Origin: the human T2T-CHM13v2.0 reference genome, Homo sapiens
NCBI RefSeq assembly: GCF_009914755.1
Contig: NC_060933.1
DNA length: 64,000 nt
Direction: 5' to 3' (one strand)
Part shown: in pieces, positions 40,183-64,000 of the stretch
Layout of the letters: each line of letters begins with the position of its first letter
Position numbering within the stretch: position 1 is the first letter of the stretch
Program-made: the position numbers and the translations under genes
Notes under the pieces: model-generated
What the model was told of the DNA's origin: nothing
The model's input: the letters and a program-made list of their open reading frames with translations, nothing else
Database searches by the model: none

Positions 40183-40631
40183 TGGCACAGTGGCCTGCCA
40201 TGTTCAGGGCTGGGGGCTAGTCCGGGTTCTCACACCTTTTGGCTGACTTTCTAGCCCCGACCCCTCGTCCCATCAGCTCACTGTTTCCATAAAACATTTG
40301 TCATGGCGATGTGCAAGGAGCTCCCTGCCACTGCCCTGAACTTCTTCCCTGAAAGCAGCCAGCCAGTGTTCAGAGGAAGGGAAGGAATAAAAGGCTCTGC
40401 AAAGGAGAGCCCGGTCAGACCAGGAGGTGTAAGCATGAAACCGATGTGTTACTCACAAGACCAGGAGGTGTAAGCATGAAACTGATGTGTTACTCACAAG
40501 CGGCTGGGCCAGGGAAGGACTTGGTTCAGAAGAGGGAACAGTCTTGCCCAAGGTCTTGCAAGCTTGTGGCCCAAACCCAGGTCCAGGGAGACCTCCATTC
40601 TGGTTTGCATGTGTTGGAAACAAGTGCTTGG

Positions 40632-41091
40632 TGTAGCGAAAAGAAACCCGCACTTAGAAAATTTCTCAGCAAGTCACTTTTACTTCTGTAGAAGGGTGCT
40701 GCCTGTGCCTGTTACAATCCCAAGAGCACACTGAACAAAGGAGGGAAGGGGTTTTTATCCCTAACGCAGTTTCTGTTTCTGTGTCCTTCCCCTATTGGCT
40801 GGGGTAACGCAGTTTCTGTTTCTGTGTCCTTCCCCTATTGGCTGGGGTAACGCAGTTTCTGTTTCTGTGTCCTTCCCCTATTGGCTGGGGTAACGCAGTT
40901 TCTGTTTCTGTGTCCTTCCCCTATTGGCTGGGGTTGGGCCGCATAATCTAAGCTGACCCCGACAGGCTAATGCTTAAACCTTCCCAAATAAGGTAAAGGT
41001 GTGATTTTTGAAAAGGTTGTAGGGGTAGGATTTGTTTCCAAGTTATGGCCAGGAAGTTGAATCTTTGAAGAGGAACTTAGTTGTCCCAACA
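40632..41091 (-). mobile_element. 3' LTR (LTR10-like) of a HERV-I-type provirus, containing the 43-bp VNTR
   Basis: Minus strand: polypurine tract CAGAAGAGGGGAAAT, then TGTTGGGAC...CGCTACA. Confidence 0.8.
40762..40933 (-). promoter_or_regulatory. ABO upstream CBF/NF-Y minisatellite enhancer, 4 x 43 bp
   Basis: Seen: four perfect copies of TAACGCAGTTTCTGTTTCTGTGTCCTTCCCCTATTGGCTGGGG, each with a CCAAT on the minus strand, 3.7-3.9 kb upstream of the ATG. Established: four copies are typical of B/A2/O1 haplotypes and one copy of A1. Confidence 0.95.
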
Positions 41092-44512
<3,421 letters not shown>

Positions 44513-44534
44513 AGACCCAAGCAGAGATAGAGTC

Positions 44535-47036
<2,502 letters not shown>

Positions 47037-47040
47037 GTGG

Positions 47041-48700
<1,660 letters not shown>

Positions 48701-48954
48701 CTAGGTTAACTTCTTATACTGCAAAGTTACAGAGTGTGGCAAGAAAAAAATAAAGCTCTCCATCGAGTTCAGGGATGAGTCATTTCAGGAAATACCATTA
48801 GTTTTCAAGACAATGCAATTTATATAATATTGTAATTCCAAGCTCATCAATGTAGTTCAGATATTCTCACAGTCATGGCAGACTAAATCTAACTTAAAAG
48901 GAAGCACATGCTATAGAGGTCTCACAAGGACCTCACTAGGACCAGTTCTGATAC

Positions 48955-49135
48955 TGTCCCAGTCTATTGTGTTGCCTTCACAGAATGCTTGAGACTTAGT
49001 AATTTATAAACAAAAGATGTTTGGTTCACAGTTCTGCAAGCTGTACGAGAAGCATGGCACCCCCATCTGCAGGGCTTCTGGTTAGGCCTCAGACTGCTTC
49101 CACTCAAGGCGGAAGGCAAAAGGGAGCTAGTAAGG
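48955..49135. mobile_element. MaLR (MST/MLT1A-like) fragment
   Basis: cttagtaatttataaac...gttcacagttctgcaagctgtacgagaagcatggc. Confidence 0.6.
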
Positions 49136-49139
49136 AGTG

Positions 49140-55690
<6,551 letters not shown>

Positions 55691-56388
55691 TGTAACCACC
55701 CAGTGGGTTCACTTTGCCCACTGCCTAGACAGAGTGGATTTATCAAGACAGGGGAATTGTAATAGAGAAAGAGTAATTTACACAGAGCTGGCTGTGTGGG
55801 AGACTGGAGTTTTGTTATTGATCAAATTAGTCTCCTGGAGCATTTGAGGATCAGAGTTTTTAAGGACAACTTGGTGAGTCAGGGGAAGCCAGTGAGCCAG
55901 GAGTGCTGATTGGTTAGGCAAGAGATAAAATCATGGGACGATGAAGCTGTCCTCTTGAACTGACTGTTCCTGGGTGGGCGCCACAAGATCAGATGAAGCA
56001 ATTTTATCGATCTGGGTGGTACCAACTGATCCATAAGGTACAGGGTCTGCAAAATATCTCAAGCACTGATCTTAAGAACAATTTAGGGAGGGTCAGAATC
56101 TTGTAGCCTCCAACTACACGACTCCTAAACCAGAATTTCTAATCTTGTGGCTAATTTGTTAGTCCTACAAACACAGTCTAGTCCCCAAACAAGAAAGAAG
56201 TTTCTTTTGGGAAAGGGCTATTATTGTCTTTGTTTTAAACTGTAAACTATAAACTAATTTCCTCCCAAAGTTAGTTCAACCTATGCCCAAGAAGGAACAA
56301 GGACAACTTAAAGATTGAAACCAAAATAGAGTCAGTTCGTTTAAGTCTTTTTCACTGTCTCAATCATAATTTTGCAAAGGGGATTTCA
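55691..56388 (-). mobile_element. LTR8 (5' LTR of the MER4-group provirus)
   Basis: Minus strand TGAAATCCCCTTTGCAAAATTATGA...GGGTGGTTACA. Confidence 0.85.
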
Positions 56389-56389
56389 G

Positions 56390-64000
<7,611 letters not shown>

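Noticed and set aside
40762-40933. CRISPR-like appearance of the 43-bp repeats
   Set aside because: Head-to-tail repeats without spacers, in a human LTR; this is a VNTR.

Overview
Human chr9q34.2 ABO blood-group locus. The complete 7-exon ABO glycosyltransferase gene lies on the minus strand (ATG 37064, stop 17529, 1065-nt CDS, 354 aa). It is an intact B allele (ABO*B.01-type: 261G, 297G, 526G, 657T, 703A, 796A, 803C, 930A, 1096A, four 43-bp enhancer repeats). The rest of the window is mostly Alu, L1, many ERV LTRs, a truncated HERV-I-like provirus, an LTR8 provirus remnant, an LTR5 solo LTR and a truncated SVA. Most interesting: (1) a TSD-flanked processed retrocopy at 4250-7932 that looks like ZBTB33/Kaiso mRNA with nearly the whole CDS removed; (2) retroviral LTRs contain ABO's upstream NF-Y enhancer, its erythroid intron-1 enhancer and the first canonical poly(A) signals after the stop; (3) a 158-bp copy of ABO intron 4 inserted into a downstream L1; (4) an inverted duplication with an apparent breakpoint inside an Alu. 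Repeat subfamily names and the ZBTB33 assignment come from recall, not database searches.
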